Shown here piece after piece: positions 25,310-38,063 of a stretch of DNA of 64,000 nucleotides; within the stretch, counting starts at the first letter, position 1, and the number at the start of each line of letters is the position of its first letter. This DNA comes from Paragordius varius. Lineage: Eukaryota; Animalia; Nematomorpha. Made by a program: the position numbers and the translations under genes. The notes beneath the pieces are model-generated. The model searched no databases. It saw only the letters and a program-made list of their open reading frames with translations, and was not told the DNA's origin. Location of the stretch: assembly GCA_964247055.1 (NCBI GenBank), contig OZ176051.1, positions 13,578,001 to 13,642,000 on the forward strand, given 5' to 3'.

Positions 25310-26449
25310 TTAAATAACACTTAAATCAATATTGGCATCATTTTTGATATTGCTAATAATATATATACTTTGTGGTGAACGAGTCGTCCTTACTCTTGGT
25401 GTTCGTCTGCGAGTCGTTCGTTGGGGCGTTCTGGATCGCATTCGAGGAGTTCTCCGCATTGTAGTTCTTTTGCTGTTTATTCTAGTATTTCTTTTAGTTC
25501 TTGCTCTGGTACTAAATAGTCTTGTAAAGCGGACCCTTGTAACTCTTCTTGTAACTGAATAATGATGAAAAAAGTTCAATATTTCCGATTTCAAATATAT
25601 GTATTATGACTTCTTTCATTATTCAAAATACCTTTCGTTGACATGGTTGTTGAGGGAGGTGGTGTTGTCATAGCTTGTAGAGTGGGACTTGTTGCAGCCG
25701 TGCTAGTCGTTGTAGGCGCTGTTGTTGAAGTGGTAACTGGCGTTGTAGGTGGAGTTGAAGTAGTAGTGGGTGTTGAAGGCGTGGTTGGTGTTGAAGGAGT
25801 TGTCGGTGTAGTTGGCGTTGTTGGATCTGTGTTTACAATCCAATATCAATGTTAGGTTAAAACATTTTAATTTACAACGATTTTGGGAACTATGTTATTC
25901 AAAAATTTTGTAGTAAATTAATGATCTCATATGTGGCTTAGTTATGATGCTTATAATTGTAATATGTTAATCGTTTAAGTAATATATGCTCTGGCCTGTG
26001 CCTATGTGTGTCCCAACCGGCAGTTATTCTTAAGGGGTTCTTAACCGACACAATTTATTTGTTAAAAAACGTGGTAGGTACTCTATTAAAGCCTCTTGAA
26101 CTATATATTTAGTTTCAAATATATATTATAATATATAATTTTAAAATCGATTTGAACTAATATTAATTTTTTAAAAAGTATTTATAAACTGAACAACAAA
26201 TAGTTATTTGGATTGAATATATTTGATACATGAACCAAATAACACTATTGCAAATATTATTTTGACTTTTAGGATTCTATCTCTCATTAATAGTACTTTG
26301 ACATATGGGACATCCAATCGAATCAACTATGTATATGCCTGCAGCACACGGAGAAGAATTGCAATAGGGCCTGGAGTAGCAAGAACAGTTACATAAGGTT
26401 TGGTCATACGTGTCACAAAAATTTGTACATGTAATTACACATTGTAGAG
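25310..26449 (-). CDS. Antistasin-like Cys-rich protein A with Thr/Pro mucin-like stalk and Arg/Thr-rich tail; first and last exons uncertain
   Basis: Phase-1 exons 26449-26297 (LQCVITCTNFCDTYDQTLCNCSCYSRPYCNSSPCAAGIYIVDSIGCPICQ), 25826-25632 (PTTPTTPTTPSTP...) and 25554-25369 or read-through to the stop at 25310 (VTRRVTRVR...RTTRSPQ). All junctions are GT-AG. Confidence 0.75.
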
Positions 26450-26563
26450 CTATCGATGAACAAAAGTATAATTGGCAATTATATACTGTTTTTATTTTAA
26501 AAACGTTAACAAATAACTCATATATAATCAATAAATATAGAATCCATCTTCTAGATATATATA

Positions 26564-27834
26564 CACTGTGTGCAAAAAAGAGGTCATTTTGATTTAACAA
26601 AAAATATTTTTCATATGATAGCTTATGACCAGCGTATTCATTTGCCGCAAAAAATTTTATTTGTTGACAGCCTAGTTTTTGAAATATTGAGAGGAAATCG
26701 AAATCGGGCAAAAAGTGAAAATTAAATATAATTAAGAATAATTCAAAAAATGATAAGATTTTATATTATGGTTTATTATCATTTTAGGAGATATTTTCAA
26801 TATATAAAAGCCTAACATATAGTTTGGGTTTCTACAAAATTTCAGGTCAAAAGAAGGCGTTTTTCTCTTATCACACTTAAAAGACAAAAAAAATTTAATG
26901 AAACTATATTAAAATAATTTTTTTCATTTATTTACTATCTAAACTCATTATTAAAATCTTAACATATATATTTTATTCAGGAAAATAAACTTTTATATCA
27001 TAATAAAATCAAAAATATTGTTTTTTATTTTCGCATTTTTTTATCATCTGGCTTATGAGTGTATAAAAAATTTATACTGTTTTATTTTGAATTCTTACAT
27101 GATTAGGAATTAAGTATATAATTTATGCAAAATAGGATTAAAAAGTAGTTGAATATCAACCAACAATCCCTAAATTTCTTGTAACAAGTCTGTTTTATGA
27201 CAAATTAATGATTGTATTGGGATTTGTACGGATTGTTGGTTGATATTTCACTAATTTTCAATCCTATTTTGCATAAATTATATACTTAATAATTCCCACT
27301 CATGTAAGAATCCAAAATAAAACAGTATAAATTTTTTAAACACTCATAAACTAGATGACAAAAAAATGCGAAAATAAAAAACAATATTTTTGTTTTTATT
27401 TTTAGAAGTTTATTTTACTGAATAAAATATGGTTGTTAAGATTTTAATAGTGAGTTTAGGTAGTAAATAATTAAAAAAAATTATTTTAATATAGTTTCAT
27501 TAAATTTATTTTTTAAGTGTGATAAAAGAAAAACGCCATCTTTTGACTAAAATTTTTTAGAAACCCAATCTGTATGATTTTAGGCTATTTTAATATAGAA
27601 AATATATCCTAAAATGATAATAAAGATAAACCATAATATCTCAAATTTTATCATTATTTTTTGAATTATCTTTAATTATCCTTAATCTTCACTTTTTGGC
27701 CGATTTCAATTTTCTCTCAATATTTCAAAAACAAGGTTGTCAACAAATAAAAATTTTTGCGGCAAATGAATACGCTGGTCATAAGCTATCTCATGAAATA
27801 AAAATTTTTCGTTAAAAATTTTTTGGACACAGTG
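26564..27834. mobile_element. 1.27-kb palindromic (foldback) non-autonomous Tc1/mariner-type element
   Basis: TA|CACTGTG...CACAGTG|TA ends. The arms are reverse complements over about 600 bp each, around a short spacer near 27175-27225. No coding capacity. Confidence 0.88.
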
Positions 27835-28829
27835 TATATATGCACATCATTCGGTGATTTTCAAACTTGTATATATTAATTACAGTTCTATTCAGTGGGG
27901 AAAATAGGATATTAAAAATATTTAGATGTATATATCATATATTTAAAAATACCAAAAAATTTATTTATAATTCAGACCATATTATATGATAATTTCTTAA
28001 TATCCTAAAATCGCAAAAATGTCGCACATTATGAATAAAATTTTTAATGAATCAAAAACTAGAAAAAAATGTATTATATTATAAACAATATTGAAGAGCA
28101 ACACAATATTTATGCGTGCTGAAAAAAAAACCAAAACTGTACCATAACAAATTATATAAATTATGCTGATATGATTGACCCAAAAATTTAAAGTGTATTT
28201 AGAGTAGAACACTTTGCATTATTAAAATAACTTAATATAAATCGAGGATACTGAAATTTATTTGTGTATTTTTTTACATCAATTATATAGCAAATAATTT
28301 TACGATAAGTAGATTATCACAATAGAGTAAAGAGTTACTTTATAACAAAAACCTTATACGAAATGTGAGAAAATCTATCTGAGTATGACATTTGTGAATA
28401 TTTCGTGACATAATAAATTTTTAGGAAATGAATATACGGCTTGTATAATTTGGTTTTAAGAAGAAGCATCTTATTAAATTTATAGCATTAATCCGCTTTT
28501 AATTTAAAAGTAATTAAAGAAAGCGCAAAAAATAAAAATTTGTCTAGTTTTAGCAAAATGTGCCAAATAAATATAAAAATATAATGAAATTTGCTCAAGT
28601 ATCCCTGATTGTTCGAATATAAAACATATAGATGTGAGAAATATGGATTAGCTTGTCATGAGATTAAACCACATACGCTAAAAATAATTGTTAAATATGG
28701 AAAAATGTTTAATAGAAAATTACTATTATATTTTTATTTTTAACAATATGAGTCATTGTCGGATCGGTATTATATGGTGGGTGCTAAAATATAATGATAA
28801 CAAACTATTTTAAATTATAAATTGGGGAT

Positions 28830-30848
28830 TATTGATCCCAACTCTGCATTAAATTACAACTTCCCAAAATATCCAAAATCACCAGAAAATTTTACACCGT
28901 TTTATCAAATCGTTTCGAGTGTCTTGATCATAATTCCGAAACTATCAAAATATAAATTCCTTTTAGATCGCTATACACACAATCTGCAGAGATACAGCAG
29001 ACGAATTTATACAGCCTCTCAAACATATTAAACAAAAAATAAAATTGTCAACAAAAAGTCTTGAGATCGCAGAAAAACTTAGAGAGTCCAAAATCAAATG
29101 CAAATAGGATGAATACAAACAACTAAACAGTGAATTCCAAAAGAGTGCAAGGTACAAAAATAACTATTACGACCAACTGTGCGAAAAGTTAGAAACAGAC
29201 GCCAAAAATAACCGAAACTTTTTTGCCCATACAAACAATATTATTCCACCAAAAAACTTTCTACAAGGGACCTATGAGAAACGACAACAACTCAATAGTC
29301 ACTGAAAAAGACGAAATCCGCAAACTCTGGCTTAAACATATAAGTAAACTATATTCTATACAACGTAAATAACCCTCAGATTATCAACGAACCTACTGAA
29401 GAAAAAGACCCACCTATAATGAAAGAAGAGGTTGAACACGCTATAAAACACTCTAGTATCGGTAAATCAGAGGGGCACAGAGACTTCTCTACGAAAATAA
29501 TAAAATATATCTCAAATATACTTATCAATTTATTCCAAAAAATAGAGATGGAAAAAATTCTTGAGGATTGGTGCGCATCCATTATGATCCCTATTTAAAA
29601 AAAGGTAATCCAGAACTGTGCGACAACTATCGCACCATAGCGCTCATTAACCAGGTGTCCAAAGCTTTCCTAAAAATATTACAGTTTCGACTAAATACCA
29701 TTCTTCCCCGAGATATCCACGATTCAAGCTGGTTTTCGAAAAGGTGGATGATGCCGTAATATGATACGCAATATGAGGTGGACACTAAGAAACACATCGA
29801 ATTCAACAAAGAACTGCACATGTGCTTTGTCGATTCCAAATTTGATTCCATCCAACAAAATTACGAACATCCCTAAAACAACTTGGAGCATTAACCCATC
29901 TAATCAACGTCATATTCTCAATTTACTTATATTCCACGGCTGTAGTATCTACACCTACGGTATATCTGATTCATGTAAGGTGCAAGTCGGCCTACGCCAA
30001 CGATGATCCCCAATTCTTTTTAACGCATAGCTCGAATACAAATAAGAAACATCCCAGAAGCTTATGGGATTAACGTATGGAAATCTACTTAAATCCGTTT
30101 ATTACGCGGATGACACAGTCTTATTTGCAGATGTAAACACATTATCGCAAGCTTTGCAAGTGTTTACATCTAAATGCAATAAATCCGGATTAAATATCAA
30201 CTTTAAAAAATCAAACAACTAATTCAATCATCCTTAACGGTAATCAGATTGAAACAGTAAACAGTTACACGTATTTGGGCGGCATTACAACTCTACTCCA
30301 GAAATAAAACGAAGAATTGCCATCGCAAAAGCAGTCACATTCAAATATAATAAGATTTGGATGTCACATGACATCAAACTAAAAACCAAAATTAGATTAA
30401 TCAAGGCTACAGTTTTACCCACATTCCTGTATGGGGGGAAAGCTGGACACTGAAAAAATATGACGAACGACTAATAATTCTTTCGAATTATGGGTTCGGA
30501 GGAAACTTCTCCAAAAAAATGGACACACAAAATTTTTAACCCCACTATTTTAAATAAAATTAACCCGGAAACGTCACTACTAGACAGCTTAATACGGCAA
30601 AAACTATCCTTTTTTGGCCACATTATGAGATCTAACTCACTTGAAAAGTCACTGATTCTGAGAAAAGTGAATGGTGCTCGTAAAAGAGGAAGAATACAAA
30701 CTCCTTGGATGGATAACATCCTAAAAGAAACCAATCAATCACTATTCCAACTAAACGCTAGATCCGGTATTCGCCATGAATGGAAAAGTTATATTTTCAA
30801 TGTTGCAGTTAGTCGGAATCGACTTTAGCAACAAAAACAACAACTCAG
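28830..30848 (+). mobile_element. 5'-truncated, decayed RTE-clade LINE
   Basis: KKGNPELCDNYRTIAL, YYADDTV (30100-30120), YTYLG, KLSFFGHIMRSNSLEKSLILRKVNGARKRGR, ending in a (CAA)n-like tail at 30827-30848. Confidence 0.9.
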
Positions 30849-32042
30849 AGTGTTTCATATTTATTCTCTTTTAAAAATATATCATTTTAGATTTAAATTT
30901 TCTGAATCCTTTATATTTAAGCTTTTTTCTAAAATGCTAAGACTCAATATATTATTTAAAATTAAATAAAATAAATAGGCACAAATTTTTGGTATATATT
31001 TTTGCTTTATAAATTAACTTAAATGTAAAAAAAGAAAAGTATATAAATATATTTAATATAATATTTAAAATAATGTCATATATAAACTAATTTATGAGGT
31101 GTTAAACCCCATTTTTTATTACAATCATTTTAAAAAATATTAAAATTTATATTAATGCATTTTCCATGATATATTCCATACATTCCACCATAATATTTTT
31201 GAATCAGGATTTTATCCGCACTTAGATACAATTTAGGGTCAACCTTAAGCCAATGCATATTAAAGTTTTAGCATTATTTTTTCAGTTATTCATAAAACAA
31301 AATATGCCATCAATGACTAACTGTCCATTTTTTGCTTTATTAGCATATATATATTAATCATAATTTTATTTCAAAATTACCGTCTTAGGTTAAAAGATGC
31401 GCAATTTTTATAATCAAATAAATATAAACAAGGAAAACAATCGAATCATAAGGACTATGATATTGATAATACATTTTACCTAGTATATATACAATATGTA
31501 TAGTATTGAAAGCTAAAAAACCTTTTCTACCAAACATCAACCCATGTTGGCTTGTTATTTCATGGAAGCTAAACCATATTAGGATTAAGCGTAAGATCAT
31601 AGTAAAAAAATAGTTTTTTGTGAATACACGAATACAATCTATTTCCAAAAAAAATCAAAAATAAATTATTGAATGACAATGTAATAGCACATAAATAGCC
31701 AAATCAATCAATGTCGTAACGAATATGAAGTAACCAATCGGTTTTGCAAGGTAATGTATCATTATTTATCCAAACATTTTACCTCTGATATCAAAACAGT
31801 ATCAAGGTCATCTCCATCCTAACGCAACCAAGAGTATGAGTTAAAAACACAGTCCTATCATAACAATTTTTATAAACTAATTAATAACATATAATCGGTT
31901 TGGTATTATAAACACTTTTAATTATTCAAAAATTATAATTGTTTATTTGTTACCTATAGTTAATATATAAACTATGTAGGATATACTTGTAGACGAGAGA
32001 GGTCATATTATGGCCTTGAACTATAATTTTGGCTATGCGATT

Positions 32043-32050
<8 letters not shown>

Positions 32051-32089
<39 letters not shown>
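32051..32089. repeat. (TA)n microsatellite
   Basis: Perfect TA run. Confidence 0.95.
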
Positions 32090-32092
<3 letters not shown>

Positions 32093-33599
32093 CATTGATT
32101 TGATTAAATTTATTCTCGTCGAACTAAAAAGGAATTGTGAAATAACTGTGGTTATGACCTTGATCCGAATAGTCTAAGAGATTTAAGAAATTTCATAGAA
32201 TGTGTTCTGCCAAGAGTTGAGAACATATAATTTAGTTCCCCCATTTACAAATTTTTAAATTATTCATATTTTTGGATGGCTATTTTAAGCGGATTTAATC
32301 AACAGATCGCAACTTTTTTTATAATTGCATGTTGTGGAGCAAGTTTTAATTAGTTTTTAAAGCGGACGAAATTAGTCGCTTGTTTGAGGTATATTCAATG
32401 GAAATAATAAAGACACTCATAATTAAAAAATATACTTATAACGACAACTATATATTTTATTTTTATATAATCCAGTTTTGGTTGGCGAACTATAGATATA
32501 GTTAGAAACATACTTAATTACATCTTCTCTAATTGTATTTATTATTAAATTTGAGTATCAAATAATTTTGACTTCTTATATTTACATTTATTATTGTTTT
32601 ATTCTCTCACTTAAATTCATGGTGGAAAATTTTTCAAGCACAGAAATGAGAATATTAAAGATTATATTGTAAGAAAAACCTCTAAAAATTAATCAAAATA
32701 ACAGGAACTTTCTATTTTTATGATATATCTTTCACGTTTTTTGGTAATTTAATTTAACGATGCTGATGTTCTGCCAAAAAAAATATAAAATAAAATCCAG
32801 TAACTATTGCTTTTTAAAAAACCTTACCAATTTGTAACTTAACTTTTAATAACATCGCCTTTTGAAACAGATAAAACGAGACATATTGACTTTATCAGCT
32901 AATTCCAGGAGTTGTCATAAATTATTACCGGTTGAACCAAGAGACGTCTACGAAAATTAAGTGGACGAAAATTTTATTCAGGCCCCATTATGTTCATTTG
33001 GAAACAAAACATACATAAGTTCCAAAAATTATCAATTTATTTTTATTTAAGTAGAGTTTTCGCAGAAAAAGAGCATTTGCGGGTATTGCTATAGAAAAAA
33101 CTGTATAATAGTTTTTGTTGGCAGAAACCTAATATGAACATGTTTATTTTTTGAAACATGTAAAATATAATTTTAAAAATGTTGTGACTTTATGAAAATA
33201 AGTGAAACCGCTTAGTTGGATTACGATTGTGATGCTTTTCAACAGTTTTTGGGAAATGGTCCAACTTAAACTTTACAATAACTGGCACCATCACATGTAT
33301 CACAAAAAAATTTGATGAATTTTTACCAGCAATTGGAAACCAATAACTGTTTTAATGGGTCCTACACAATTCGGATGGTCACTAAAATCACAAAGGGACT
33401 TGTGAATCCTGCTTCAACGTCAGAAAAGAAAATCTTGTGCCTCAAATTATGACGGATGTGAAGTGTTTTATTTTGTAAATCTGCAGAAAAATCATGTATT
33501 TCAACATGTCAACAGGTCTATAGACACCAAAACCAAATCGCTTCAGCAAGATGACCGTGCCTTTGGCTATTAGGACCACAGTGGTATTCTATTTAAAAC

Positions 33600-35150
33600 A
33601 TTAGCCCGGAACTAATATGCAACGCTATACACTGGTTGCTTAAGACCATGCATTCAACGATATTTGGCAAGAAAACATGGCAAAGCGAATTATCAACCAA
33701 GATTATAACGTCTCATACTCCAAAATCAGTGAAAGATACCTCAAAATCATTCAATAGGAAATTTTTTCGCATCCGCAGAATACTACGGACCAGAAGCCAT
33801 CCTAATACAACTCATTTATATGGATTACATTCTAACGTAGAAGCACTTGAATAATTTCAAAGACCTCTAAATAGGCGAAATGACTTGGAAAAAAATCCAC
33901 GTTGACAATATATATCATATTAAAAATGATTTCCCTGTAGTCTAACAGAAGAAATGAAACGGCCATAAAATTGTTTTTAGTTAAAAAATTAGCCCAGTTA
34001 TATTCTTCTTGTATCCAACTAATGTTATTGACAAACTACTATTCCTCGACCCCTTTGTAAAATAATTCAATAAAGAATTTTTAATATACTTAACCGAAAT
34101 CGATACATTACGGAGTTAGTATCGGCAGATTTCAGAGCCACCTTTGCACTAGATATAGGAAATACAAATAATAAAACCCTGCTCTTCTGTTACGATTATT
34201 TATAAGCGTTCGATAACATTAGCATCACAAATTATGACATATCTGAAATTTAATAAAATGTTATTTTAATAATAAACTGATTTACAATCTGTAATATATA
34301 CAAAATTTATTATAACATCCTTTTCATGTTCGATATAAAGAAATGAGTTTAGACATACATCTTCATTTGTACACTGATATAAACAAGATATGTTAAAAAA
34401 CCATTGGGTAGGTGCTTAATGTCGGGAGACTAATCCAGCCTTAGTTTGATTGATGATATAATCTTCCTGGCAAAAACACATAAAACAGTACAAGGTTGTT
34501 AGAATTTATTTCTATCGTGAGTGGAAAATATGGGTTAAAAATTGGTCTAAAACCATAGTAATGCAAGAGCAAAACACATCAGATTTTTCAAAAATACAGA
34601 TATTAAGGATTTTTATTAACGGATGATTGAGATTTTTTTACTGATATTAAATAGGGCATAACGCTTGCCAAAATAACGTTTGCGCACATAAAATTATTTA
34701 CAACCATTTCTTGACTATTGTTACAAAATTGCATAGATTAAAATGTATCCTGTATAATTTAGGTGAAAATTGGAATATTAGAAAAATCTTATAGACGTAT
34801 ACGAACATTGTTGTAAAACTTCAAACATAATATAGACTTCTCAAGAGAACCGAACTTTTGGAAAAGATGGCAAACATGTCTTATTAATATAAAAATTAAA
34901 GGGATCTCAGACCACATTTTGAGAAAGGAGTCATCTTTTAAATTTTCATACTTTTAGGAATAGTCGAGGTAAAGATCACGTACCAGCCATAAGATGTAAT
35001 GTTAAATTATTGAAGCGGAACAATATGAAGTTACAAACATTGGCTAACGCATGAAATGTTTTCTCAAAATGTCCAAGGGTCGGATACGACTATCATAGGC
35101 ACTACGCTAATCGCAGATGAAAATTTTCCTTAACCTATATATGTTAAAGG
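33600..35150 (+). mobile_element. Highly degenerate non-LTR retrotransposon remnants
   Basis: RT-like fragments DYL*AFDNI (about 34195), LIDDIIFLA (about 34445) and TTLIADE (about 35100). No intact frame. Confidence 0.5.
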
Positions 35151-37555
35151 TAGAAAGAATATTGTTAATTCGTAAGCCTAAGATCAAGATGACTATAAAA
35201 AATTAACTTGATAATATTCACTGCGCGGCCCACGGACCGTAAGCGTCTTTATAACTGATTTTTTTATGTCCCTAAACTATCCATATTTATGAATTTTATT
35301 TTATGCATATTGCATATAGATTAGTATATTTCAATTTTTATTTATTTTACATTTGGGTTGGATTCAGTTTTTTCAATTTAAATAGGTAAACTTTATGCAA
35401 AGAACGAATTTTCACTTCGAAGTTTGTTTACAGTAATATTTATAAATCGCATAAAATACATGAAAATCAAAAATCATTACTTTAATTTTCATAAAAACAG
35501 ATGTGAATCTGTATCTTAACAGTTTAAGTTGTTAAAAAACTGAATGTATGATATTTAAGGAGTGGTTTAAACTATTTACTCTTTAAATAATCCTTTAGAG
35601 TAATATTGGTATAAAATGGAATAATTTATTCCAAATTACCATAAAAATAATATTAAAAGTAAATATAAATTATATAATTTTTAAGATATTTTATTAAATA
35701 ATAAAATATTGTGTTATTTGGTTTGTGCATTTGTTAAGTGTAATTTATATAAATATTTTATTGTGCTATTTGGTTTTTTTTTAAATTTCTAGCCGGGCGT
35801 TAAATTTTTGGAGGGGTGTTTAGTTTATTTTAAAAAAAGCATTATTTATATCAAGTGGATATGATCTATTATTATAGAAATCATTTATAAATATTTTTAA
35901 TGACTCAGATTATTTAACAATTATGTATTAGAAAGCCGGATTTTAAGTTTTTTGGCGCTAATTCCAATATACAGTATTAATTCCATCTGATAGATAAAAG
36001 AGGAATTTTGTTTAACCTTTCTTTTTTAAAACTATATTTAGTTATTTATAAATATACCAAATTATTTGATTTACATAAATGGGACTTTTGATCTAATTAA
36101 TGCCTGTCGATGTCCCCTTCAAAAAAAATTAAAATTTTAATATACATACATATAATTAAATATGTGACCTCAAAAAAATAACCTGATGCAATATATATAT
36201 TCTGAAAATAAAATATATCTGGATTATCATGGAGCTTTTGGTTTTTATCCTTTGAGGGATCTAAGAAAACTATTTACACTTTTATGTAAGTCCTTTAGAT
36301 CATTAAATGACAAAATTTGCGCAGTCTAAAAATAATTTGGTAAAGTAAAATGCTTTATCCAAAAAATATCACTAAAATATATCAACATACATATAAAAAG
36401 CAAGACAATATTATCAAAAAAATTTAATTTTTATATATGCGCTTTTAAAATGTTTTGCCCTTCTAAAATGATGCACTTCTCTTAAAATAATATAAAAATG
36501 TCGGGATTGCGCAAAGATTTGATATATATGCTAAATTTTGATGTCAACTAAAAATAATATATAAAAATCCATTTCTTCAAAATCTTATTTTGAGCAAAAT
36601 TCAGTTAAAGCGTATTTCATGCTATTGTAAGTCATGATTGAAACGGTTGCAAACCGCTTTGTTAAAAACATTTTCACTATATAATTCGATATACCAAACA
36701 TTTTTATAGCTTTGAAATTCTAATTCAATTGCTTGTTGCTTATGGTGAATTTGTCGTAAAAAACACAACGTTTTAATATAAATTTTAAGTCGAATAAACA
36801 CCTAAATCAATATTCTGAAGTGATAGAGTTTAGCGTCGTCGAATAGAAAAAGTGTTTTTAATATCTTAAAGCTTTTTTTGACCGTTTCCATCATAACTCA
36901 AATATTTTGCTAAAAATGTGCATTTTATAATATTTTAAGTTGATAATAAATTTCATATATTATTTATCGCACACCGGCATTTTCATTTTAAAAGAGCTAA
37001 AATTTTGGGACATTCGGCCCCCACATATCGTATTTGGGTTTGGAATGGATATCTTTTGGGACTATTTGTATTTCAAGTTGAGAGTTTATAAGTTAAATTG
37101 ATTGTCTTAAATATTCAAACAACCCAAACCTACGGATCCCAAGAAAAACATTTATTTTTGCACTTTTTAATAACAGAAATTGTTCATCTTGCACCGACAT
37201 AAATGTTGAACTGGTTAAACACAATTTTAACCATTTTGAATGGGGTAAATATTGCAAAAAAAAATATTTATAGTTTATAACCAGGTTTTGATCCATATAC
37301 CAAATTAGATTACACCAATGATTTGAGAGATAAAATGAATATAGAAACATCAATATTTATTTTTTTGATTTGTTTAAGATGCATCATAAATACAGCTAAC
37401 AACTAACTCACAAATGGAAAAAGCAATTCACTAAATATCTGTAAAGACATGGATAAATACAACAATAAAGAAAATTTCAGGAATTAATATGACTAATTCT
37501 ATGATATAATGGACTAAAGGCACATTAATTATTTTGCAACTAAACTAAGTAAGAA

Positions 37556-38040
37556 TTATTTTTTGTAATAGGGAGGGCGAGTGGGTGGTGGGTATCTCGT
37601 TGTTCTTCTCGTCATTATTCTTGTGGTACGAATGGGGACAGCCGAGGTAGAGCTATGTCCACGATAGCTGCGTCTGCTGCTTGAATCATTGCTTGTGTAG
37701 TATCGCGATGTATCATCATCACTCGAATCATAACCGGGTCGACGTCTTCGATAAGGTCTTGGTGGCCGGGTTACAGGGGGTCGGCGGGTCGGTCGAGTAA
37801 TACGACGCGTAACAGGTGCCGGATTGCATTTACAAAGGGGACATCCAAATTCATCAACCACGTTCCCGTACTCACAGAAAATGCGACACACTGGACCACA
37901 TCTATACCCTAAGACAATTGATTCGTAAAAAAACGTTAAGGATTATATAATGTGTGCGTGTATATTTATATCAAACTTATTAATCCCAGAGCGGATTGAA
38001 ATAAGAATAAATTGAGAAGTACAAAGGTAAATAATCTCAT
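37556..38040 (-). CDS. Secreted antistasin-like protein B (138 aa): signal peptide, one 6-Cys domain with P1 Arg, Arg/Pro/Thr-rich tail
   Basis: Exon 1 38040-37977 (MRLFTFVLLNLFLFQSALGLI), a 68-nt GT-AG intron, and exon 2 37908-37556 (RYRCGPVCRIFCEYGNVVDEFGCPLCKCNPAPVTRRITRPTRRPP...PPYYKK*). Phases match. Confidence 0.9.
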
Positions 38041-38063
38041 TGCAGGAAATTTAAATTAAGAAG

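Noticed and set aside
25332-25855. Plus-strand Val/Leu-rich ORFs resembling membrane proteins
   Set aside because: They are antisense shadows of gene A's Thr/Pro and Arg/Thr exons.
31385-31860. Hydrophobic minus-strand ORF and a short exon-like segment
   Set aside because: No family motif and no consistent splice chain.
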